From positions 832,001 through 896,000 of the forward strand of contig CBDCOX010000002.1 of the NCBI GenBank assembly GCA_965219995.1: a DNA stretch of 64,000 nt, written 5' to 3'. Both the position numbers and the translations under genes were made by a program. Below the pieces are notes generated by a model that was not told the origin of the DNA, ran no database searches, and saw nothing but the letters and a program-made list of their open reading frames with translations. The DNA comes from Candidatus Latescibacterota bacterium (GTDB lineage: Bacteria; Latescibacterota; UBA2968; GCA-2709665). Positions 51,541-60,523 of this stretch are shown in pieces (within the stretch, counting starts at the first letter, position 1; every line of letters starts with the position of its first letter).

Positions 51541-53010
51541 ATGATTCAACTGACCCAGACCGTTTCTCTTCAACAGAAGCTGGCGCCGCAACTCATCCAG
51601 TCCTTGCGGCTCCTGCAGATGCCTTCGCTGGAATTGGAGCAACTGATTCAGCAGGAATTGCAGTCCAATCCGCTTCTGGAAATCTCCGAAGAGACCAATC
51701 GAGACGACGAGGAATGGGACCTGGAGTCGGACCGTTCGGATGCGGAAGATACCGACACCGGAAGGAAGGATCCGGACGACGGGGATCCACCGGAGCTTGA
51801 ATTCGGCGACGCGGCAATGGCCGACGGCCGGTTCGATGAAAACCAGTGGAACGAACTCCTTAACGACGCCGGATATACCGCGCCCCGTCAGGAGTTCGAC
51901 CCCAATGCCGAAGATTGGGAGTACGACGGCGCGGGGCAGCAGTCATTGGAAGCGGAATTGCGAGCCCAGCTCTCCCTTTCCGACTTGGACGATGACGAGC
52001 GAAAGATCGGTGAGTACATCATCGGCAACATCGATGAAGATGGCTTTCTACAGGCACAAGTCGGGGACGTTGCCGACGTGCTGGGCGAAGATCCGGGGAC
52101 CGTGGAACGGATTCTGCTTGTAATACAGGCCTTCGATCCACCTGGCGTGGGCGCAAGAAATCTCCAGGAATGCCTGGCGATCCAGCTCCGAGAGAAGGGG
52201 CTGGAGGATTCGCTCGCAATGAGGATCGTGTGCGACCACTGGGACGACCTGGTAAACCGCCGATACATGAAAATAGGCAGGTCACTTGGGGCGGACCGGG
52301 CCGCAATTGCCCACGCCGAAGGCGTGATCTCCGGCTTGAATCCCAAGCCGATGATCTACAGGGAAGGCCGTATCAACCACAATCTGGTTGTACCCGACCT
52401 CGAGGTTCAGAAGGTCGGCGATGAGTACGTGGTGTCGCTGATCGACCGCGATCTGCCCACCCTGCGAGTCAGCCCGGTCTACAGGACACTGTTGAGCAAG
52501 TCGGGTAAACCGGGGAGCCAGGCCAGGAAATTCGTGGTGGATCGCCTGAATTCGGCCCGCTGGTTCATCAGCGCCATCAATCAGCGCCGAACCACCATGC
52601 TCAAGGTGATGCGGTGTATTGTCGACAACCAACTCGCATTCTTCGACAAGGGCGTCGGATTCCTGAAGCCCATGGTTCTGCAGGAGGTTGCCGACCGGGT
52701 CGACATGCACGTTTCGACGATCAGTCGCGTCAGTAACGGGAAATACGTACAGACGCCACACGGTGTATTCGAACTGAAGTACTTTTTCGACGGCGGGTTG
52801 TCCCGCAACAACGGCGAAGACATCGCTGCGCGGAGCGTAAAACAGAAGATCGCCAGGCTGATTGCGGAGGAGAACGCCACCAGGCCCCTGAGCGATCAGA
52901 AAATCGCCAACCTGCTGAAAGACGACGGTATCGCGATTGCCCGCCGCACGGTAGCCAAATACAGAGATCAGTTGAAGATCAATCCGGCCAGGTACAGAAA
53001 GTCAATCTGA
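51541..53010 (+). CDS. rpoN: RNA polymerase sigma-54 factor
   Basis: Gln/Leu-rich region I, NPLLE, GVGARNLQECL, HVSTISR, RpoN box ARRTVAKYR. Confidence 0.98.
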   Translation: MIQLTQTVSLQQKLAPQLIQSLRLLQMPSLELEQLIQQELQSNPLLEISEETNRDDEEWDLESDRSDAEDTDTGRKDPDDGDPPELEFGDAAMADGRFDENQWNELLNDAGYTAPRQEFDPNAEDWEYDGAGQQSLEAELRAQLSLSDLDDDERKIGEYIIGNIDEDGFLQAQVGDVADVLGEDPGTVERILLVIQAFDPPGVGARNLQECLAIQLREKGLEDSLAMRIVCDHWDDLVNRRYMKIGRSLGADRAAIAHAEGVISGLNPKPMIYREGRINHNLVVPDLEVQKVGDEYVVSLIDRDLPTLRVSPVYRTLLSKSGKPGSQARKFVVDRLNSARWFISAINQRRTTMLKVMRCIVDNQLAFFDKGVGFLKPMVLQEVADRVDMHVSTISRVSNGKYVQTPHGVFELKYFFDGGLSRNNGEDIAARSVKQKIARLIAEENATRPLSDQKIANLLKDDGIAIARRTVAKYRDQLKINPARYRKSI

Positions 53011-53037
53011 AAGCGGAAATACCACCAGCATCGGAAT

Positions 53038-53098
53038 AAAAAAACCGGCGGAATCTGGAGCGCAGGCGGTTAGCGGCTCCGGTCCCGCCGGTTTTTTT
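53038..53098. terminator. Bidirectional intrinsic terminator between rpoN and the convergent gene
   Basis: A7-CCGGCGG ... CCGCCGG-T7 with inner GGAGC/GCTCC pairing. Confidence 0.85.
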
Positions 53099-53150
53099 GT
53101 CACTGTGTACGTGTTGTCGGCGCCACGTCGCTGTTTTTGTCGTATTGAGG

Positions 53151-53936
53151 CTAATCTCCGGATTGAACGGCGCTGATTTCGTCCTTCGATATCTTGTGCA
53201 CGCTCTTGGGATTGAAGGTCTGCCGTGTGCCCGATCGGAGTGCAACTTCGATTCTTCCTCCGTTCAATACGAAAAACTGGAGCAGGAACCCGCCGCCCTG
53301 CATCGACTCGACCTGATATTCGTCTGGATCCATCCCGCGGACCCATTCAGGAAGGCGCGCCCCGAAACGGGCATCGGTGCAGACGGATTCCGGCAGTGCC
53401 ATGACCAGCGCACCGGGTGACTGGCCGAGGGCCTCACCGATGTTCCTTCGGATCCGTGCCAGATAGGGAATTACCTTCCCCGCGTAATCGAATTCGTCAT
53501 CCGCGCCGCGTCCGGGCGGCACGATACCCCACGTCATATGGTGGATGAAAGGATTGCCGTGACCCTGGGCGAGCATGTGGTCGAGGGCCGCTTCATCCAC
53601 GGGATGTACGACCGCGACGTAGTCAAACCAGCCCATTCCGCGAGCGGGGCTGTCCTCGGGGAGACCTGATGGCACATTGATGTAGTCGTGACCGTCCACC
53701 GGCGACGGATAGCAGCGAGTGTCCCAGCCGGAGACGTAACCGATGCGCTTCAACCGGCCGGCAACGAGATGCGGGGGATCCACGAATATGGCCGCATGGT
53801 CAGGATTCGGCAATAAAGGGACGCCGGCGGCTGAGATTCTTCGAGCGACGTCGAGCGCCTCACACAGTCGCTCCGGCGCATTGGAGATACCGAGTTGCTC
53901 ATTGAAATCGTCAGGCAGGATCACGTTACCGGACAT
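53151..53936 (-). CDS. Hypothetical protein, HPPD C-terminal-domain-like (VOC superfamily)
   Basis: AAGGAG RBS; motifs PDHAAIF, PFIHHMTW, GFLLQFF, IEVALRSG; the ORF is secure, the family call is inference. Confidence 0.7.
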   Translation of the reverse strand: MSGNVILPDDFNEQLGISNAPERLCEALDVARRISAAGVPLLPNPDHAAIFVDPPHLVAGRLKRIGYVSGWDTRCYPSPVDGHDYINVPSGLPEDSPARGMGWFDYVAVVHPVDEAALDHMLAQGHGNPFIHHMTWGIVPPGRGADDEFDYAGKVIPYLARIRRNIGEALGQSPGALVMALPESVCTDARFGARLPEWVRGMDPDEYQVESMQGGGFLLQFFVLNGGRIEVALRSGTRQTFNPKSVHKISKDEISAVQSGD

Positions 53937-54120
53937 CTTTTTCTCCTTTCGTGTTCTGTCCCGGAGATAAGTTGCCAAAATTCGGCCGTCGAATCGCCCG
54001 GCTCGGATCGACTCTATCAACCGGCCTTTGGGGACAGGACGGCCGCGCTCAGCTATGAGTTGCAGAACATGAAAAACGGACGATGGGCTTCGGCACGAAT
54101 CACAGGAGGCTTCGGCAGGT

Positions 54121-54149
54121 AAAATTGCCTGACCCCGACACGGTGTCAA
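54121..54149 (-). promoter_or_regulatory. sigma70-type promoter for the HPPD-like gene
   Basis: Minus strand TTGACA-N17-CAATTT. Confidence 0.5.
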
Positions 54150-54282
54150 GCGGAATCCGGTTTGGGGAGGCGAAAGGGGTTCGATCTGCAACCGGTCATT
54201 TAAGCCGCAGCCGCGCCTGTGCGAAGATCCGATGAGCCGATGATTGAAACGCGAGGCGACAGACTCGCGTAAACACCCGTCG

Positions 54283-54307
54283 CGACCGGGAAAGCGGTCG
54301 TTTTTTT
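54283..54307 (+). terminator. Intrinsic terminator-like hairpin with no upstream plus-strand gene
   Basis: CGACCG-GGAAAG-CGGTCG-TTTTTTT. Confidence 0.6.
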
Positions 54308-54437
54308 CCGGTTTGCAGGCAAGTTTTCAAATTCGTCATCCGATCTGAACACTCTATTCAAATCAGCGCGGAACGCGTCAGCCGTTCTTCAATTGCAATC
54401 CCTTGTTAAATTACCATTTACGTTCGATTATTCCCAC

Positions 54438-54453
54438 TGGCACAGTGATTGCA
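54438..54453 (+). promoter_or_regulatory. sigma54 (-24/-12) promoter
   Basis: TGGCAC-AGTGA-TTGCA matches TGGCAC-N5-TTGCW; ~43 bp upstream of GTG 54496, which has an AAGGAG RBS. Confidence 0.85.
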
Positions 54454-54495
54454 GCGGACTGATTGGCGTGTCGGTGTGTGCGGAAGGAGAATCGC

Positions 54496-57400
54496 GTGAA
54501 ACAGGTCTTTTTGCTCATTATCGTGTTTCAGTTGCTGGGACAGGACGCGTTGCTGGCCGAGATGATCGCAACCCCGGATACGCTTCGCTTCGGTCCTGTA
54601 CGCACGGGGACTTCCGTCATGGACAGTGTCGTTTTGGTGAACAGAGGGCAGGGCGAAATAGCATTGACATCGGCTGATATTGACGGGACTGCATTCCATC
54701 CGCCGGAGGATCTCCCTTACGCCGAAGGCGTCACGCTGGCACCCGAACAGGCCATGAGCGTGCAGGTCAGGTTTGCACCAGAGAACCAGGCCGACTATTC
54801 CTCAACGCTGACCATCGGGACAGGCAGCGGCATCCTGAATATAACCCTGGAGGGGGAAGGCGTTCGCGAAGTGATTGTTATTCAGGAGGTTCTCGCCGAC
54901 CCGCCGGCGGACGCGGACGGTGATTCCAACCTGGACGGGACACGTCACTCCGGTCAGGACGAATTCGTTGAACTGCTCAACATCGGAACCAGGACGGTCG
55001 ATCTGGGCGGATGGCAACTGAGCGACGCGGGGACAGCGCCTGCATCGAGGTTTACGTTTCCTGACGACACCTCGTTGGGTCCCGGCGAGCGCGTGGTTCT
55101 GTTCGGGGGCGGCACACCCACAGGTTTTACGGGATCCGTGTTCGTGGATGATGGGTCGATTGGCGGCGGTCTGAGAAACGGGGGCGATACGGTTTTCCTG
55201 ATCGATCCGAACGTGCCCGATACCGTTGCATCCGCGGCCTACGGTACCGAAGGTGACAAGAATCAGTCGCTGGTGCGCCATCCGCAAGGACGCGGCCCTT
55301 TCGTCCTCCATAGTGCATTTCCCGGTGACGGCGCATTGTTTTCGCCGGGCCGGGCCCGAACGGTCATCGACGGGACCGATGTCGCACCCGGCGATTCCTC
55401 CGTGGCTTCGATCGGCGAAGACGCCGAACAGGCGCTCGTTCCATCCGAAAGCGCGGGTGGACGCGTGGTGATCGATGAAATCCTGGCGGACCCGGCTTCA
55501 GGTCCGGCTGGTGACGCCAACCGGGACGGTGTCAGAGACGGCAAGGAGGACGAGTTTGTGGAAATCTGGAACGTTGACTCGAAGCCGGTGACGATTGGGG
55601 GCTGGTGGCTCAGCGACGACGACGTCGGGTCCGACGGGCGGTTTTATTTTCCGGACGGCCTGGTACTTGAGCCTGGAATGCGCGCGGTGCTGTTTGGCGG
55701 CGGAAGCCCGCGGGATCTCACCGGTCCCGTATTTGCGGACGACGGCAGCATCGGAAACGGGTTAACCAATAAGGGAGATCTGGTACTGCTGGTCGATCCG
55801 GTATCCGATGATACGGTGGCAGTGGCCCGGTTCGAGGTCGCTGGAGACCTGAACCGATCCCTGGTGAGATTCGCGGAAGGGGTTTACGTTCCACATCCCG
55901 ATTTGCCGGACGGTGGGCGTATCTCCCCCGGCCTGCCGCACCCGAGACCCGCACCTCCGGGGGGATCGGAACGATCCCTCCGACCCGAATTTCTGGATGC
56001 GCCTCCGTCCTGGTGTCGGGTTGGCGCGCTCTGCCGGTTCGTGCCCAGAATCCGCAATCTGGACGGTGGATTTGTGAATCTGGAAACGCGCGTGCAGGGC
56101 GTTGTGTGGGATCGACTCACGGGTGAAATACGATGGCGGCCGGATAAGGAAGGGCGTTTTCGTTTCTGGCAGACCGCGGTCAGTGGCTCGGGGGCAAAGA
56201 CCGTCAGGCAGTTTGACGTGCGGGTCGAACCGCGGCCGCAGATTGCCATCGTGGAAATTCTGGCCGACCCCCCGCCGGGCCCGGTAGGAGACGCGAATCG
56301 GGACGGGACCCGGGACGGCCAGGCGGATGAATTCGTGGAGATCAGGAATAGAGGGCCGGATTCGGTATGGCTTTCAGGCTGGCGGTTGAGCGACGATGAT
56401 GTCTCGTCGCGCCGGCAATTCAGGTTTCCGGACTTCACGAGACTTCATCCCGGAGAACGCGCCGTTCTGTTCGGCGGAGGGCGACCTGTAGGGTTCGACG
56501 GCCAGGTTTTCGTGGACGACGGCAGTATAGGCGACGGATTAACCGACACGGCGGACGTGATCCTGCTGATCGATCCCGCATTGAACGATACGCTCGCCAG
56601 GGCAGCCTATCACGTAGAAGGTGAGCTTGACCAGTCTCTGGTGTGGGACGGGGCCGGCTGGGTCCCCCACCGGACCCCTCCGGGAATAGGGGGTTATTCG
56701 CCGGGGTTGCCTTCAGAATCGGGCGTCGTCTTCGCGGAAGACGACGAAAAACAGCAAAGCGGCGGAACAGACGACGACAAGGCAGGTTCGAATGCCGGAG
56801 ACACGGGACATGGCGATCCGTCAGGGCCGGCTGGGGTGATCATCAGCGAAATCCTCGCGAATCCCGCCTCCGGTACACCCGGCGACGCCAACGGCGATGG
56901 AGAACGTCACGGATATCGGGATGAGTTTGTGGAACTGGGGAATACCGGGCCGGACACGGCCCGTCTGGACGGATGCAGACTCGGGGACGACGATACCCCG
57001 TTGAACCGTATGTTCGGATTTCCCGATGGAACGATGCTTCCGCCGGGAGGGTTCCTGGTTCTCTTCGGCGGTGGTTCGCTCAAGGATTTCCCGGAGGCGG
57101 CGTTTACGGATGACGGTCGGATCGGCGACGGCCTCTCAAATTCGGGCGATACCGTCGTCTTTCTGTCACCCGACGGCGAGGACACGCTTGACGTGGTCAA
57201 CTTCGGGAGCGCTCCCTCGGGGACCTCGCTGGTCCGCCGTGAGGATGCCACGCTCCAGCGTCACGATCTTCTGCCATACACCGGGTCGATCTCACCGGGC
57301 CGAGCGGCGCCGTTGCTGGTCGGCATTCGCGTTGTACCTGACACGATGGACATGGAACCCGGTTCCCTCCGAGATGTCGCCGCGGAGGGGGTTTTCGACT

Positions 57401-58920
57401 CAGAAGACCTGGCGGATGTAACGGACGATCTGACCTGGATCGTGGAGGACTCCTCGGTAGCCCGACTTGAACCCGGGCTGCAAATACGTGCTCTCGCGGC
57501 GGGCGAGACGTCGGTGCAGGGGCGATTCGGGCGTCTCACGTCACATGCCGTCGTCAGGGTTCTTACGGGGAAGACGGGCGAAAGCGGTAATTCGGACGAT
57601 CCGGACGACGAAGATAGCGACGGTGCGGACCCTTCTGCAAATCTCCCGCCGGTGATCGTTTCACACCCCGATACGCTGGTCATCGCCGGCCTCAGGTACG
57701 CGTACCGGCCGACCGCCGAGGATCCGGAAGGCGATTCTGTGGTCTTCTCCGCACCACGGAAACCGGCATGGCTGCACTGGACGGGCTTCCGATTGGACGG
57801 GTTGCCTGAAGACGCCGGATTCTGGCCGGTTGCCGTCATGGCGACCGACGGTCGTAACACGACCGAACAGGCGTTCACCATCCGGGCTGTGAAACCCGGT
57901 TTCTCACGGGCAGGCCGACCGGACAGCATCGCCTACGTCGATGTGACATGGCGGTTGTCTCTGGATCTCAGCGACGGGATTCAGGTTCAGGCAGAAGGCG
58001 GACCCGTTCCGGAAGCCTCGGGGAAATCCCTGGTGTGGCGCCCGCAAGCCGGCGACGAAGGCCGTCGAAAAATCACGGTCTCCATAAGCGGACACGGCTC
58101 GGAGAGCCTGGTCCTGACATTCCGGATCACGGTCCGTCCACGGCCGCAGGTCCAAGTCGCGGAGATCCTGGTGGATCCGGTCGCGGATGTAAGCGGAGAT
58201 GGAACGCTTGACCGTTTCGGCGATCAATTCATCGAGTTATTCAATCCCGTCGAATACGAAGTGGACCTGTCCGACTGGACGCTCGGCGACGACGACGGGG
58301 AGCCGTTTGAATTTCCAAAGGGAACGGTTTTGAATGGGGGAGAACGTCTCACCCTTTTCGGGGGCGGGCTGCGTGGGGCCCGGAACGGCCGGTTTTCCGC
58401 GGACGGGCGCATCGGAAACGGGCTGGACGAATCGGACCGGATCCTGTTGATCGCGCCGGGCGGACCGGATACGCTGGTCGACGTCCGCTATACCGGAGGG
58501 CTGATTGGCGCGTCTCTCGTTCCCGACCCGATGAAACCCGGCGGGTGGCTGCCCCACAACCAGATTTCCAGTCTGCCGTTTTCGCCGGGTCTTGCCACAC
58601 TGACGGCGGATTCCGCTGCAGCCGCCGCGGAATACACCGCCAACGGAGCTGAGGTGTATCCGGCTCACCCATTTCCAAACCCGTTTAATATTCACACGAC
58701 CATCGGGATCCGCAGCGCCGGCGATCCGGCCGAATTAATGGTGTATAACATTCTCGGACAACCGGTTCGGAGGTTTCCGGTCACCGGGGGATCAGGTTTT
58801 CAGCAACTGGTGTGGGACGGACGCGACGATCTGGGGCGACCTGTGGGAACGGGCGTATACCTCATTCGTTTTCGAAACGGATTGCATGTCCGCACAATGC
58901 GAGTGGTACTGGTAAAATGA
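54496..58920 (+). CDS. Large secreted protein: ASH/Ig domain, 5 lamin-tail domains, Ig/cadherin-like spacers, FlgD/T9SS-CTD-like C-terminus
   Basis: Signal peptide; five copies of E(I/V)LxDP..GDxNxDG..(E/Q)F(V/I)E..N..W.L.D; C-terminal FPNPFN..VYNILGQ..WDGRD..GVYLIR. Confidence 0.88.
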   Translation: MKQVFLLIIVFQLLGQDALLAEMIATPDTLRFGPVRTGTSVMDSVVLVNRGQGEIALTSADIDGTAFHPPEDLPYAEGVTLAPEQAMSVQVRFAPENQADYSSTLTIGTGSGILNITLEGEGVREVIVIQEVLADPPADADGDSNLDGTRHSGQDEFVELLNIGTRTVDLGGWQLSDAGTAPASRFTFPDDTSLGPGERVVLFGGGTPTGFTGSVFVDDGSIGGGLRNGGDTVFLIDPNVPDTVASAAYGTEGDKNQSLVRHPQGRGPFVLHSAFPGDGALFSPGRARTVIDGTDVAPGDSSVASIGEDAEQALVPSESAGGRVVIDEILADPASGPAGDANRDGVRDGKEDEFVEIWNVDSKPVTIGGWWLSDDDVGSDGRFYFPDGLVLEPGMRAVLFGGGSPRDLTGPVFADDGSIGNGLTNKGDLVLLVDPVSDDTVAVARFEVAGDLNRSLVRFAEGVYVPHPDLPDGGRISPGLPHPRPAPPGGSERSLRPEFLDAPPSWCRVGALCRFVPRIRNLDGGFVNLETRVQGVVWDRLTGEIRWRPDKEGRFRFWQTAVSGSGAKTVRQFDVRVEPRPQIAIVEILADPPPGPVGDANRDGTRDGQADEFVEIRNRGPDSVWLSGWRLSDDDVSSRRQFRFPDFTRLHPGERAVLFGGGRPVGFDGQVFVDDGSIGDGLTDTADVILLIDPALNDTLARAAYHVEGELDQSLVWDGAGWVPHRTPPGIGGYSPGLPSESGVVFAEDDEKQQSGGTDDDKAGSNAGDTGHGDPSGPAGVIISEILANPASGTPGDANGDGERHGYRDEFVELGNTGPDTARLDGCRLGDDDTPLNRMFGFPDGTMLPPGGFLVLFGGGSLKDFPEAAFTDDGRIGDGLSNSGDTVVFLSPDGEDTLDVVNFGSAPSGTSLVRREDATLQRHDLLPYTGSISPGRAAPLLVGIRVVPDTMDMEPGSLRDVAAEGVFDSEDLADVTDDLTWIVEDSSVARLEPGLQIRALAAGETSVQGRFGRLTSHAVVRVLTGKTGESGNSDDPDDEDSDGADPSANLPPVIVSHPDTLVIAGLRYAYRPTAEDPEGDSVVFSAPRKPAWLHWTGFRLDGLPEDAGFWPVAVMATDGRNTTEQAFTIRAVKPGFSRAGRPDSIAYVDVTWRLSLDLSDGIQVQAEGGPVPEASGKSLVWRPQAGDEGRRKITVSISGHGSESLVLTFRITVRPRPQVQVAEILVDPVADVSGDGTLDRFGDQFIELFNPVEYEVDLSDWTLGDDDGEPFEFPKGTVLNGGERLTLFGGGLRGARNGRFSADGRIGNGLDESDRILLIAPGGPDTLVDVRYTGGLIGASLVPDPMKPGGWLPHNQISSLPFSPGLATLTADSAAAAAEYTANGAEVYPAHPFPNPFNIHTTIGIRSAGDPAELMVYNILGQPVRRFPVTGGSGFQQLVWDGRDDLGRPVGTGVYLIRFRNGLHVRTMRVVLVK

Positions 58921-59105
58921 CGCAGGGAGATCCTGTGCGAAGCCGCGTGCCCGTAAGAAAATTCACTGCACGTCGCCGTTCTGTACGCAGCGATTGGTTG
59001 CGAGAGGCCGTCTCCTTGCGGACGCTGAGAACACGCGCCGTTTTTCTCAGGCATATGGTCGATCATGATTGGCACAAAAATCATCGTGGAAAGGGGGTGG
59101 AATTC

Positions 59106-59366
59106 ATGGCGCAACCCGAGATTACGTTCAGGCATGGTTCCTGCAGCGCCTCGGTATTTGAAAACGAATACAACCGCGGCAAGGAAAGCTTCAACGTCCG
59201 TACGGTTTCGTTCCAGAGGAGCTACCGGGACAAGCAAGGCGAGTGGCAGCGTTCCAGCAGCCTGCGGGTGAACGATATCCCGAAGGCGATTCTGGTACTC
59301 AACAAGGCCTATGAGTACCTGACGTCCAACGGTCAGGCCGAAGTCGAAGAAGAATCTGCAAGCTGA
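59106..59366 (+). CDS. Small protein, putative PC4/Whirly-like ssDNA-binding fold
   Basis: AAGGGGGT RBS; beta-rich core SASVFEN..VSFQRSYRDKQGEWQ, a helix, then an acidic tail EVEEESAS. Confidence 0.75.
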   Translation: MAQPEITFRHGSCSASVFENEYNRGKESFNVRTVSFQRSYRDKQGEWQRSSSLRVNDIPKAILVLNKAYEYLTSNGQAEVEEESAS

Positions 59367-59391
59367 AACAGGATCTGCCGTAAATTGCGAC

Positions 59392-59430
59392 GAGGGGTAA
59401 CCGGTTTCGTTTTCCGGTTATCCCTCTTTT
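59392..59430 (+). terminator. Intrinsic terminator
   Basis: GAGGGGTAACCGG-loop-CCGGTTATCCCTC-TTTT. Confidence 0.8.
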
Positions 59431-59511
59431 GCTTATTCAAGGTTCTATTGTTGTTTCCAGAACGATTTGTTCGTATCTTCGGTGGAACGTGAATTGGAAG
59501 GGTTGCCGAGC

Positions 59512-60447
59512 ATGCGGAGCGTTCTCATGGTAGACGAACAGGTCGATGTCGAGCAATCTCTGCGTCGCCTGACCGGCGAATTGCAGAATTTCCAGGAAAT
59601 CGTCAAGCACATCATACCTCCGTCGGGTGAGATTCCCGTGTTGAAGGGAATTGACATCTATGGAGAAACCATTCCGCTGGACGGCCTGATCGGCGGCGAT
59701 CATATCATCTACGTCGATTTCAAGAACCGGTACGATCTCGAGGCGAGAATCAGGCAGGCGGAGAAAGACGGTCGCGTCTGTGTCGCCGAAAATCTGAGGA
59801 GATGCCAGCGTATGGCCGGGATCGCGCTCGTGGACGTATCGGGTCACCAGATTACGGACGCGATGCTGGCCGGTATGCTGCACGAGGCCTTCCTGCTGGG
59901 GGCCACCTACGAATTGGACCAGTTCGGCACGATCACCGAGAAACTGTTCGAGAATCTGAATACCCGGATTTACAATTCCTCCAGCGTCAGCAAATTCCTC
60001 ACGATGATTTATGGCGAGATCAGCGAAAACGATACGTTCAAGTTTCTTTCTGCCGCGCACCCCATGCCGATTGTATTTTCAAATTCGCAGGACCGGATTA
60101 CGGACGTGAGCGAGGGTCTGTTCGCGAATTTCCCTCCTATTGGCACATTGCCGTCGCAGGAGGATATCGACCGGCAGGCGGTCCGGAGCGTGCTTGGCTT
60201 CAAGAAAAAATACGAGATCAATGAGTGGGCGCTTCGGGGATCCGGAGACATTCTGTTGCTGTATACGGACGGGCTGGCGGACCACCGAAGAGGCGAGGAA
60301 GATTATTTCCCATGCCGGCTCGAGGCCGTGCTGCGACGGGTCAAGGGGTTGCCGGCCCATGAGATATTCGAAGCCATCAAGGAGGACCTGCTCGACTTCG
60401 GCCAACCCATAGACGATATCAGTCTTGTTGTAATAAAGAGGACCTAG
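59512..60447 (+). CDS. SpoIIE/RsbU-type PP2C serine phosphatase without sensor domain
   Basis: GGDH, VDVSGH, LYTDGL, DDISLVVIK; start uncertain (59467-59527). Confidence 0.88.
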   Translation: MRSVLMVDEQVDVEQSLRRLTGELQNFQEIVKHIIPPSGEIPVLKGIDIYGETIPLDGLIGGDHIIYVDFKNRYDLEARIRQAEKDGRVCVAENLRRCQRMAGIALVDVSGHQITDAMLAGMLHEAFLLGATYELDQFGTITEKLFENLNTRIYNSSSVSKFLTMIYGEISENDTFKFLSAAHPMPIVFSNSQDRITDVSEGLFANFPPIGTLPSQEDIDRQAVRSVLGFKKKYEINEWALRGSGDILLLYTDGLADHRRGEEDYFPCRLEAVLRRVKGLPAHEIFEAIKEDLLDFGQPIDDISLVVIKRT

Positions 60448-60523
60448 CAATTATCCTCCGGCCACGGGCGTCGAAAAGCCGGACCGGATCCGATGCGGAC
60501 GAATTACCGCAGGGGGCAATGCC

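Noticed and set aside
54229-54272. Hammerhead-ribozyme-like string CCGATGAG..GAAAC-stem-GTA
   Set aside because: Core reads CCGAUGA rather than CUGAUGA, stem II does not pair and no stem I can form
54871-58600. CRISPR or DNA tandem repeat
   Set aside because: Repeats are degenerate protein-domain repeats within one ORF; no identical spaced DNA repeats and no cas genes
59070-59085. Possible second sigma54 promoter TGGCACAAAAATCAT
   Set aside because: -24 element present but the -12 GC is absent
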